The notes beneath the pieces are model-generated. The model ran no database searches. It saw only the letters and a list, made by a program, of their open reading frames with translations, and was not told the DNA's origin. Made by a program: the position numbers and the translations under genes. DNA of 49,903 nucleotides from Cyanophora paradoxa CCMP329 (Eukaryota; Plantae; Glaucophyta): contig QPMI01000670.1 of assembly GCA_004431415.1 (NCBI GenBank), positions 1 through 49,903 of the forward strand, given 5' to 3'. Below are positions 33,581 to 44,556 of this stretch, one piece after another. Within the stretch, counting starts at the first letter, position 1. Every line of letters begins with the position of its first letter.

Positions 33581-34685
33581 GGGAGGCGGCGCGGGAGGCG
33601 GCGCGGCGGGCGGCGCGGCGGGCGGCGCGGCGGGCGGCGCGGGGGCGGCGCAGCGGGCGGCGCGGGAGGCGGCGCGGCGGGCGGCGCGGCGGGCGGCACG
33701 GCAGGCGGCGCGGCGGGCGGCGCGGCGGGCGGCGCGGCGGGCGGCGCGGCGGGCGGCGCGGCGGGCGGCGCGGGGGCGGCGCAGCGGGCGCGGCGCGGCG
33801 GGCGGCGCGGCGGGCGGCACGGCAGGCGGCGCGGCGGGCGGCGCGGCGGGCGGCGCGGCGGGCGGCGCGGCGGGCGGCGCGGCGGGCGGCGCGGGGGCGG
33901 CGCAGCGGGCGCGGCGCGGCGGGCGGCGCGGCGGGCGGCGCGGCGGGCGGCGCGGCGGGCAGCGCGGCGGCGCGGGGGGCGGCGCAGCGGGCGGCGCGGC
34001 GCGCGGCGCAGCGGGCGGCGCAGCGGGCGGCGCGGCGGGCGGCGCGGCGGGCGGCGCAGCGGGCGGGGCGGCGGGCGGGCGGCGGGCGGCGCGGCGGGCG
34101 GCGCGGCGGGCGGCGCGGGGGGCGGCGCGGGGGGCGGCGCAGCGGGCGGCGCGGCGGGCGGCGCGGCGGGCGGCGCGGCGGGCAGCGCGGCGGGCGGCGC
34201 GGCGGGCGACGCGGCGGGCGCAGCGGGCGGCGCGGCGGGCGGCGCAGCGGGCGGCGCAGCGGGCGGCGCGGCGGGCGGCGCGGCGGGCGGCGCGGGGGCG
34301 GCGCAGCGGGCGGCGCGGGAGGCGGCGCGGCGGGCGGCGCGGCGGGCGGCACGGCAGGCGGCGCGGCGGGCGGCGCGGCGGGCGGCGCGGCGGGCGGCGC
34401 GGGGGGCGGCGCAGCGGGCGCGGCGCGGCGGGCGGCGCAGCGGGCGGGGCGGCGGGCGGGGCGGCGGGCGGCGCGGGGGCGGCGCGGCGGGCGGCGCGGG
34501 GGCGGCGCGGGGGCGGCGCAGCGGGCGGCGCGGCGGGCGGCGCGGCGGGCGGCGCGGCGGGCAGCGCGGCGGGCGGCGCGGCGGGCGACGCGGCGGGCGC
34601 AGCGGGCGGCGCGGCGGGCGGCGCAGCGGGCGGCGCAGCGGGCGGCGCGGGGCGGGGCGGCGGGCGGCGCGGCGGGCGGCGCAGG
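33581..34685. repeat. ~1.1-kb minisatellite, 12-bp unit GGCGCGGCGGGC (copy 2)
   Basis: Same unit and nearly the same variant order as copy 1. Confidence 0.95.
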
Positions 34686-36014
34686 CGGAAGGCGACAAGC
34701 ACATGCACCCTTCGAGATCTGTGCGTTTCTGGGGAATTCTCGCCTCGATGGGGTCGGGTGGTATGCGCCGGGCACCACCAGCGCAGCCCAATGGACTGCG
34801 CACCATTTGTTGCGGTAGCAAAGGAATGGTTCCGCAAGCCGCTTGCGGCCGAGGAGGATCGGTTTGCCGACGCAGCTAGGCTAGATGAGCTAGTGGAGCG
34901 GTGCAAGCAGTTTGTAGGGCCTCAGTTGAACTTCCAGTGAGTGTAGAGGTCTTGAGAGGTTGCAATTTTGTTGACAAGTCAAATTTCGTCAATGTACCCC
35001 AGAGCCTTCGCTTTTTAGCCACCGAGCCCCCAAGTTTGGGGGGGAATGAGTCGGGGGGGTACCCTGACCTTCCAAACTGAGGCGCGCGGCGTCGACGTAT
35101 ACGTACCGACGTCGACGTCGCAACTGCGGCGCGGATTGAAGGTCGCGCATTGCGCTTCACCGTGCGCGCGCTGTGCTCAGCCCCGCGGCGCCACGCCCGC
35201 CCCGCAGGCGACTTCGCCGCGCCCGCGCACGCGAGGAGTACACATCGCTGGCTTCATCGGCTCACCCGCGGCGCCGGCGGCGCGCTAGCTACACGCTTTC
35301 GCTTGTCCGAGGTGCACATCATCGAATTCTGCAGCCGTTGCCCCATCCTCGGCCGCTGTAAGGCGGCGCGCAGGGATTCGAGCTCTCAACCGGGTCTCAT
35401 GGCGTCGGCCGGCGGGCCCAGCGCAAGCACCTCTGAGTCAGTAGGTCCGTCCCGGAACCGCCCCTCGGTCCTGCCTGGGCGCGCTTTCTTCCGATCCTTC
35501 TAAAAACCGTGATTTCGGGGCGACATTTTGGCACTATGTTCACTATGCCCGCCGGCCATGGGCTCGAATCGGGCCGGGGTCTTTTTCAAGCGATCGCCGG
35601 CGCCGCGTCCGTCGTCCGGCGGTTCGCGCTAGCGATTGCCCCGGAGTACTCGGTACCAGGGCCTGGCGATCGCCGAAGCGATGAGAAGGCTCTTAGTCGA
35701 TCGCGACTCGCGAGTCGCGACGTCGACGTCGCGTCACGCACGGACTCGGACTACCTGGTATACTGTAGTACGTATACGCGACGCGACTCACCAGTGACTC
35801 TAGCTGGCAGTGAGCCAGCTGCAGTGAGTCACCACGAGAGTCACGCCGACTCAGGCATGATCACACGACGCGGTATACGTAGTGCGGTATACGCAGTACC
35901 CATGCGGTGCAAAGGTTTTTATTTCGAATTCTGTTGCAAAATTTCGTTCGTATACGTGGGCGTACGTACGTACGTACGCATGCAGGGCCGTGATGCAGCA
36001 CCGGTACCCACGCA

Positions 36015-36056
36015 GAAATTAGTGGACTGAAAATCTTGACTCAGTCCACTAATTTC
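36015..36056. repeat. Perfect 16-bp inverted repeat (hairpin) with a 10-nt loop
   Basis: GAAATTAGTGGACTGA-AAATCTTGAC-TCAGTCCACTAATTTC. Confidence 0.9.
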
Positions 36057-36135
36057 CGGCTCCACCATAATTCCCTAGCTCAGGCTAGCGGATGAGAAGC
36101 AGCCTTATATTACCCCGCAAAATTAGCGATACGCC

Positions 36136-36418
36136 TGTCGCGTGCGAGATTAGTGTGTCTAATCGTGCGCGCGGGAAGCCCGTGCGGAGTGCAAGCTCGG
36201 CAGGGCAGGGTTTGGCGAGTGCTGCTGCTGTTAGCCACCGGGATGGTAGACTGAGGGTGTACCCGTCCAGCTACGGCGTACCCCGACACACGCATACAAG
36301 TGACCGCGGCGCTCTAACTAGCCTAGGCGCCGTCGATCTAGCAGCACGAAGGCTGCGCACATCATCTAGAACCCTAGCGGCTCACAAACGAGCATCCGCT
36401 ATAATGTCGGATGCGACA
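36136..36418 (-). repeat. Putative 3' LTR (283 bp)
   Basis: Ends TGTCGCGT...ATGCGACA (7/8 inverted match), directly adjacent to the PPT. Left flank ACGCC is the candidate TSD. The partner LTR is not visible. Confidence 0.7.
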
Positions 36419-36430
36419 ACTCCTCCTCTC
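36419..36430 (-). promoter_or_regulatory. Polypurine tract of the retrotransposon
   Basis: Minus strand reads GAGAGGAGGAGT directly followed by TGTCGCAT. Confidence 0.75.
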
Positions 36431-36560
36431 GGATCCCGCGTCCGCGCGGGTCTACGCCCTAAGGCGAACAGAAAGAGGGCCGGGGAAGCCGGGAATTTGA
36501 TCGAGCCTAAGCTCTCTATACAACGCGACCCCGGCCGCTATATACAAATGCTCGGAGCTA

Positions 36561-36682
36561 CCGGCTACTGCCGGGAATCGAAAAAGGCTCCGAGCCACTC
36601 ACGCTCGGCGTCACCGGCTACTGCCGGGAATCGAAAAGACGCCGAGCCCATCCATGTCCGGCAACTGCCGGGAATCGAAAAG
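36561..36682. repeat. Three copies of CCGGCWACTGCCGGGAATCGAAAA in the retroelement 3' UTR
   Basis: Copies at 36561, 36614 and 36658. Confidence 0.9.
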
Positions 36683-37651
36683 ATCGCCGCCCGGCAGGTG
36701 CCGGCACGACTCCAGCGTGTAGCGCCCAGGGGGCAAGGTCCAACTTCGGGCCGGCGGCCCAGGAAACTCGCACGAGGCGAGCGGATCGGAAGGGAGGAAG
36801 CCGAGGAGGCCCTGTCCTCGCCGCGCAGCAAGTTAACCGCAGAGGCGCACGCTGCAACAGCAATTGCAACGCGGGGCGTGACGCTCGCGGTAGCGCCCAC
36901 TAGCCCCAGCGCAATGCCCGTCCCAAAACGTAGGGCTAAGCAGCTCGTCTAGCGCCACTGCTCAGGCATGCGCCGCGCTCTCGCGGTCCGCCACGGCGTC
37001 GGATTAGGGGCTGAGAAGCCCGCAACGGCGGTGGAGCTAGGAACTCCAGGGCAAGGCTAGACGCCGCCCACAAGGTGCCCTCGGCGCCATCGTACGGCGG
37101 GAGGTACCCTGCCCGACCCGTGCTCGCGCGTCATTAAGGGGACGCGGCCCTTCAGGCGGTCCACCACCGAGCGTCCCCGGTGTGGAGCCCTGTATGGGGG
37201 AATTGTGCATCCCCAGTCATCGTACCCGGGGCGGGACCCGGCGTCACGACCGCCTGTGTGTACCCCCGTTGGTGCTTGGCGCACCCCGGTACCCCACCAG
37301 GTCTTGCATCTCGAGAAGGGGGAATGCTCATCCCCTGTCGCTGGGCCCGGGGCAGAATCCGGCGCCTCAGCCGCCTTCCGACTCCTCTGCCGGCGCAAGT
37401 CGCGCCCGGAGCTCGGCCAGGTCTTCGTAGGGCCCTCCGCCCGTCACTGAGCCGAGCATAGCTCGAGGCAGTCAGCCGCCCGTTGGCTCTCCTTCCTAGC
37501 CCGGGACTTTAGTGATTGTGGCGGGCGCTAGGCCCTTCTCAGCTCAACCCTCCGCGGGCAGCTCATCACGCTCGCGCTGCGCAGTTGCAGGCGCGGCCGC
37601 TCTCTGTCCTCGCCCTCCTGTGGGGCCGGGACGCGGCTCGGAGCCAGCTCC

Positions 37652-40600
37652 TCATGCTGCTCCCGCCGGGGCCGCCGGCGCTGCGGCCGCGGCTCCCGGT
37701 GCACCCGCCGCCCGCGGCCGCCCTCGGGCCGGCCGCGCGGGCGCGTTCGCATCGCGCATGCGGAACGGGATCATGCAATCGATGTGCACGATCGTCTCGC
37801 GGGTGTCGCGGGCCTTCTGGCGGACAGCGCCCACGGCGCCGTAGGGCCGGGCCAGGCCGCGCACGACGTACGTGTACCCGCCCGGGTGCACGTCCATGAC
37901 GGTGAACGGGCCGACCCAGGAGTTAAACAACCCCTTGTCACGGTCGCCCAGCCAGCACAGGACTTTGTCGCCCACTTCGAAGCGGCGACGGTCCGGCAGG
38001 TCACCCGTCCGGTGCACCATTTGGCGGCGGTACCAGCGGCGGTGCTCGCGGACCGCGTCATCGCGGCTCTTCGCGGCGCGCACTACGGTCGCGACGTAGT
38101 CGGCGTAGCTAAGGGTGTCGAGCATTTCGACCCCGAAGCGCACGTCCGCGGCAGCGTGAGCTCGTGCCCCAGGTGCAGGAGCGCGGGCGAGTAGCCCGTG
38201 GCCGCGTGCACGGTCGTGCGGAGCGCCAGCTGCACTTCGTGCACGTGCTGGTCCCACTCGTGCATCGGCTCGCGCTCGGCGCGGCACGCCGCGTGGAGCA
38301 GCGTCTTCACGACGCCTCCCAGCCGCTCTACCAGCCCATTCGTCGAATGGTGGTACGCCGCGGCGTAAATGAAACGAGTCCCGAGCTTCCGGAAGTACTC
38401 GTTGAACGGGCCGCCCTTCAGGCTGGACCCATTGTCCATGAGGAGGCGCAGCGGCACACCCTCATTCGAGACGAAGTCTCGGCCCATCTCGAGCATGGAC
38501 CAGCCGTCCAGGTCGGCCTTTGGGTACAGCCGCGTGTACTTGTCCCACGCGTTCACCCAGGCGACCAAATAGCGGTCGCCGCGCGGCGTCGGGTCAAGGT
38601 GGAACACGTCCACCTGCCACAAGTCATTCCGGCCCTCGGCCTCGATGACTGCGATCGCGGTTCGCCGCGGCTTCACAGCCTTGGCGAACTGGCAGCAGGG
38701 GCAGCTCCGCACGTAGCGGGCTACGGCTGCGAGCATGCCCGGCCACCAGAACCTCAGCAGGATCCGGCGGGCGACGATCGAGGCGCCGCGGTGGCCCCAC
38801 CCATCGTGGTAAGCGTACAGGACGCGGTCCTGCCAGGACTCAGGCAGGACGGGCACGAAGCGGCCGTGAGGCGCGACCGGGCGGCGGACAAGCACGCCGT
38901 CGGTGTCCACGTCGAATTTCCCAGCGAATCCGACGAAGGCCGCCTTGGCCTGACTGCAGAGGTAGCAGTCGCCCGTGTGGCAAGAGGCGCGCGTGCAGCG
39001 GGCCTCGTTCACACCGTTCTCTAGCCAGGAGAACAGCTTGCGGCACAGCGGGTCCGCCTTCTGCGCGGCGAGCAGCCTGACTCGCCGGGCAGGGAACATG
39101 TGCCGCAGGGTCTCGGGCAAGGGCCCGTCGAGGGAAGGCGGCGGAGCGCAATCCCAAGTGTCCTGGACCAGCTCGAGCAAGCGCGGCTTGCGGCGGTCTC
39201 GGACCTCGCCCAGCTCAGGGCCGGGGGCGATGGCGCTGGACGAGAGGACCTCTCGTTCCAGGCCCGCGGCCGGGCCGCCACTTGAGCCGGCGTCGCCGCT
39301 CGAGGGCGCCTCGGAGGCGGCCGGCGGCTCAGAGGAGCCGGCCGTCGCGGCGGCGGTCGATGCGGCCGCGGAGGACGACGCCGCCGGGGCGCCGCCCTCG
39401 GGCCCCTCATCAGGGTCGTCCTGGTGAGGGTACAGCGGCGGGCCGCAGCGCCAGTGGCGCGGGTTGTCCGCTTTGCGGGGCGTCTTGCCCGGGCGCGGGG
39501 CCTCAGGCGGTCGCAGGTCGCGCGGCAGGGGCGCGATGGGCCCCTCGTAGCGCCGCGGCCCCAAGGGGAGCCGGCGGCGTACGTGCTCGAGGAGGGCCAC
39601 GGGGAACCCATCCTCGTCGAGCTCGGGCTCCTGCGCCTGGCGCGGGGTCTCAGGCTCGGGCACAGGCGGCGCGGCCTCGCCGTCGGAGCCCAGCTCCATC
39701 GGGTCGGACTCGGGCGCCGGCGGCGGGCTCGGAGAGCGCGGGGCCGGGGGCAGGCCTTGCGCGACGGCGAGGCGGTGCCACTCGTCCACCCCTTGGCGCA
39801 CTTCAGCCCAGGTGGTGGGCTTCTGGCCGCGCCGAGTGGGCGGCCGGCCTGCGGCAGCGCCGGCGCCGCTGGCAGGGGCGCCTCCTGCCCCGCGGCAGGA
39901 GCTCGGGGCTCGGCGGCGCCGGGGCCCCCGCGGGCTCAGCCTCAGCGCGCGCCGGCACGGCTCGGGGCGTGCGTGCGGGCAGGGGACGGGCTCGTCGTCA
40001 GAGCCCTCCTGAAAAGCCTCAGGCGGCGCGCGCGTCCGACGCGGGCGCGGCCCTGGCGGGCTGGACGTCCCGCCTTGCGGCGGGAGCGCCCTCGAAGGCG
40101 AGCTGGCGCCGGAGGCGGGCCTGTCGCCGCGCGACGAGGATCTCCGCCCGGCTGGGCGGAGCCGCGGGCGCCGCAGCCTCGGCGGGCTCGGACGCTGATG
40201 CGGGGCCGGCGGCGTGGCCTCGGCCGGCTCGTCGGCGAGCTCGGTCAGGCGGGGGCCCGGCGGGGCCTCCACCGCTACCCGGGCCTCCACAGCGCTTTCG
40301 GCGGCGAGAGCGACTGCAAACAGCGGCAGAGGCTCGTCAAGGTCGCCGGGCTGGGGCACGCCGTGCCCCGTGGCGCCAGCCAGCGCGTCGGGCGCAGCCG
40401 AGCTGCCGTCGGCGCCGCCGGGCGCGAGAACCGGGTGGTTCAGCGGGGGCCGCGAGCAGGCGTCGGGCCCTCCGTTGTTGCGCCCCGCGCGGTACTCTAC
40501 GACAAAGTCGTAGGACTGCAGGAGGAGGGACCAGCGTCCCAGCCTTCCCGAGGTCGCCTCGCGCGAGCGCAACCACTGGAGCGCCTGGTGGTCCGTCCGG

Positions 40601-41700
40601 ACCAGGAACTGGGGCCCTCCCAGGAGGAAGTGCCGCCAGTATTTTATTGCCCATACAACCGCCAGGCACTCGAGCTCGGTGGCGGTGTAGTTCCGCTCAG
40701 CGGGCGCCAGCGTTCGACTGATGAACGCGATGGGCCGCTCACGGGCGGGCGAGCCGCCGTCGGACTGCGACAGGATCGCGCCGATGGCGTACGTCGACGC
40801 GTCGGTCGACAGGATGAAGGGCCGCTCAAAGTCCGGGTACCCGAGTACCAGATCTTCTAGCAGGGCGGCCTTCAGCGCCTCAAAGGCGGCTTGGTGGACC
40901 TCGGTCCATTGCCACACGGCGTCCCGGAGCAGCAAGCGCTGCAGCGGGTGGGTGACACGGGCGAACCCGTTCACGAAACGCCGGTAGTACCCAGCCAAGC
41001 CCAGGAACGACCGCAATTGGTCAGCGTTCGCAGGCGGCGGGTACTGGCGAATGAACGCCAGCTTCGCGGGGTCCTGGCGGATCCCTTCGGCCGAGACGAG
41101 GTGCCCGAGCAAGGCCACCTCCGCCACCCCGAAGCGGCACTTGGAGGGCTTCAGGCGCAAGTTCGCCGGCATGATAGCGCGGAACAGGGCCTCGAGGTCC
41201 AGCAGGTGCTGGGGCACGCTTGGCGAGAACACCGTGATATCGTCGATATACGCGGTGACGCAAGTCGTGAGCAGGGGGCCGAGGATGGCCGTCACGGCGC
41301 GCGAGAAGGCGGCCGGCCCGTTGGTCACGCCAAACGGGGTCACGCGCCACTCGTAGTGGCCCCAGGGCACCACGAAGGCCGTGTACTGCCGGGACGCGGG
41401 GTCCAGCGGCAGCTGCCAGAATCCCGCCGTCGCGTCGACGGTCGAGAAGATCATGGACCCCCGCAGGCGGTCCAGCTGATCGTCAATCCGTGGCAAGGGA
41501 AAGACATCGCGCTCGGTGATCGCATTTAAGCGTCGGTAATCGACGCAGAACCGCCAGGTGCCGTCCTTCTTAGGAGCGAGCACGACCGGCGAGCCATAGG
41601 CGGCTTGCGAGGGCTGGATCAGGCCCAGCTCAAGGAGCCGCTTTATTTCGTCACGGGCGAAGGCCTCGGCGTGCGGGCTTACACGCCGCGGGGCGTGAAG
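37652..41700 (-). CDS. pol: Pol: reverse transcriptase, RNase H, integrase (HHCC, DDE, GPF); apparent frameshifts
   Basis: KKDGTWRFCVDYRRLN, PFGVTNGP, YIDD (about 41239-41250), TDAS, TELECLAVVW, TDHQAL, HDGWGH...CPCC, QVD...MDNG...NGLVER, WVGPF. Confidence 0.93.
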
Positions 41701-43046
41701 ACGGGCAGCCGTGAGGTCAATCGGATCACGTGCTCGTAATGGAGGAGATTGGCCGTGCCCTCAGTGGCCGTGACCGAGTCGGCGAACGCGCGCGAGTAGC
41801 GCTTCAGCAGAGCCTCTAGCTCGGCGCGTTCCGTAGCGCTCATCGCCGGATGCGAGCCGCATTCCGGATCTTCGCGCGTGCACGGTTCCACTCCTCCTCT
41901 TCGGAAGACGACGTCCCCGTCGCTTCCGGCGGTGCCCGCGGGGCGCCACCGTGGGAGGGGCCAGGCGCGGGCCCGGAGGGGCGGCTCGCAGCGGCGCCTT
42001 GCCCTTGTCCTTGCGCGCGCGGCGGAGGACTCGGCTACGGAGGGCGCGGGCGCTTCCGTTGTCCGGACAGAGCAGCCGGGGCCTGCCAGCGCTGCTGGCG
42101 CCGGTGCAGGCGGGCGAGCGGCCCCGCTCGGCGCGGGCGCCGGCGGCTCAGCTGCCTCGGCAGCGAGATTTATTTGATCCCCGGAGGGATTGGTGGGGAC
42201 TGCGTTAGCCCCCTGGCGTGCAGCGCGAGCCGCGTGGGCGCGGCGGCGTGCGGCGCGTTCAGCGCGGCGGGCGGGCCTGGTGCGCTCGCGCTCCTCGGGC
42301 GAGGTCCAGCCAAGGTACCCGTCCTCGCGCTCGCGTTCAGAGTCGGTGTCCGAGGACACGGGCTCGTCACAAAGCGCGAGGCCCTCCATTGTGACAATGG
42401 GGACGTCTTCGCCCTCACTGCCGTCGTCGCGCAGCATGCGGACGAACAAGGGAGGCGCGCTCGGCGCAGGCTCCTGCTCAGTGGCTACAGTCGCTTCGGA
42501 CTGCCGGGCGGCGGGTGCCGCGAAAATAGGCCCTGGAGCGGGGTGCTGGGGCGGCGTGGTGCCCTCAGCTGCCGTGTAAGCCGCAGCCGTTCGATTGGCT
42601 CGGCGGCGCATCGCGCGGAAGCCTTGCCCTCGCTTAGGGTAGAAGGCTCGCAGCGTGCGAATGAAAGAGTCGGCGACGGTGCGCGCCGACGCGTCGTCGG
42701 GCGGCGGGTCGAACCCAAAGTCGCCGGGCGGCAGGTTATTAGCCTCCGCCACCGCTACAATGGCCCCAGCGGGAAGCAGGACGGGCTCATTGGCGGGGTT
42801 TACTAGTCGCACGTGCAGGCTGCCGCCCTCGGCAGGCCGGCGGTGCAACTGGTGGGGCGCGAGTACCCCGAGCGCTGACAGGAGTCAGGCGCCGGCCCGA
42901 CGGCGAGCGTCGGGGCCTGGTCCGCTGGCGGCGCAGGGCCGTCCAACACGCAGCGGACCATCCATTCGCGGGCGTCCTTTAGGACGACGGGGCGGAGCAC
43001 CCGGACAAGGAGAGGCCCCTTTGATTGTCCGGGCACAGAAAAGGGA

Positions 43047-43450
43047 TCACGTGGGGCGGAAGTGCGCGTCGCGCGCGTGCAGGCACCAGCCCGAGCTGGT
43101 GGTGTCAATCCGCCCCTCGATCCTCATGATCGTGCCGATGCCCAGGAGCATGTCGGCGTTCGGGCCGAGCGAGCCGTCGGGGACGACGTACACCGCTCGC
43201 GAGACGTACACATCGCCGAAGCGCAGCACGACATGAGCAATCTCAGCCGTGATCGTGGCGTGGTGGAGGAAGGCCCGGAGGACCTTCACACCCGTGTAGC
43301 GCGTGCCGGGCGGCATGTGCTTTTTCTCGCCAACATCTCCCATTGCGCCAGTGTCAAAAATGAATTTGACGCGCGTGCTCTCGCCGAGCGTGCCGTCGGC
43401 ATGCAAGGCATAGACGAAGCCCGGGCACTGCAGGAGCAGGCGCCGGAAAT
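43047..43450 (-). CDS. Retroviral-type aspartic protease domain
   Basis: FIFDTGAMGDV and a downstream DMLLGIG motif within ORF 43047-44309. Confidence 0.8.
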
Positions 43451-44556
43451 CGTGCGGGAGACCGTTGATCCCGTCGATAACTTTCGCGATCGGGACCGGG
43501 GCGTTCAGGCGGCCGTCGGGCGCGCCATCCGGGGACTCCGGGACCGCGAGGTCCGTGGGGCGGTCGGGGCCGTAGCCCACGAGTTCGTCAGGCTCAGGAG
43601 CCTGGAAGTGCAGCGCGGCGCGCTGCTTGCTGGAGCGGGCGTGGAGCCCCTCGGAGCGGCTCGTCGGAGCGGCAGAGGACTTGCGATCCGCTCCGTCGAT
43701 GACGGGCGTCGGCTCGCTGCCGGCAGCGGCGGAGGCCAAGGCGCGCTCGGCGATGGCCCGCGGCTGCAGTGCAGCGCGCGTCGCGAAGTCATCCTCATCG
43801 TCACCATCGCCGTAGATACGGAGAATGGCGCGGTGTGCGGGGCGGCAGCGGCCCTCGGCTTTGGCCTCCTGGGCGAGGCCGATGAGGCGCAGCAGTTCAG
43901 ATTCAATGCGATCGAACTGCTCCATGCCCGGGTAATTTGCGGCCCACACCGTCGCAGCGGCGTTCCGTGCCGCCCAAGAGGCGCCGCTCGGCAAGGTGGT
44001 GCCGGTGAGATCATGGCCCGCGGCCGTGGCGATCTCATCGAGCATCTCAGACAAGACGGCCGGCTGAGCGTTGCGCTCGAGCAGGAGCCGCAGGCGCGCG
44101 CGCCAGTTCTTGGCGGCCTGGTAGTGGGCACTGCCCACATTCTCGTCCGTGGCCGGCGGTGCCTGGCCGGAGCTCGAGCTGGCCGCGGGACCCGCAGGCG
44201 GGTACATGAGGCCGTGCGGCCAGTAATAGCCGTGCGGGCCGGCGATTTGCGGCAAGAGTGGGGGCGGCGGCAACCCCCAACCGGGTACGCGCGGCGGGGG
44301 CGGGCCCATCGACGCCGGGTACGGGTACGGGAACGGCGCGGGGGCCAGTTCCGCGGTGGACTGGGCAGCAACGCGGGCGCGCTTGCTGCGGCGCTCGGCC
44401 TCGGCGAGGAGGCGCTGGCGCGTGTCCTCGCCGGGTCCGGCTCGAACTCAAGGCCATGCTGGCGGGCATAGGCAGTGAATTCGGCGTCGTCCATGTCAGC
44501 CAGGTCGAGGGACTCAGGTCCCGTGGACGAGGTGCTGGGCAAGGTGCCGCGAACGG

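Larger units (their letters stand above)
30101..35693. repeat. Tandem duplication of a ~2.8-kb unit (30101-32893 and 32896-35693)
   Basis: Both units start GACCGGCGATCGCTTGCACAGG and end GCGATGAGAAGGCTCT. Non-satellite parts appear identical except for homopolymer-length differences. Confidence 0.95.

Noticed and set aside
30216-34940. 500-630 aa ORFs in all six frames (APPA/RRAA/GGAA repeats)
   Set aside because: These are by-products of a stop-free 12-bp GC minisatellite, with no domain or codon evidence.
36561-36690. CRISPR-like repeat-spacer look
   Set aside because: Only three copies, unequal and mutually similar spacers, inside a eukaryotic retroelement, and no cas genes.
36092-36952. 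286-aa plus-strand ORF across the LTR and 3' UTR
   Set aside because: It crosses the insertion boundary, includes the tandem repeats and has no recognisable domain.
37000-37650. Chromodomain or env after integrase
   Set aside because: No chromodomain aromatic-cage pattern, signal peptide or transmembrane segment is recognisable.
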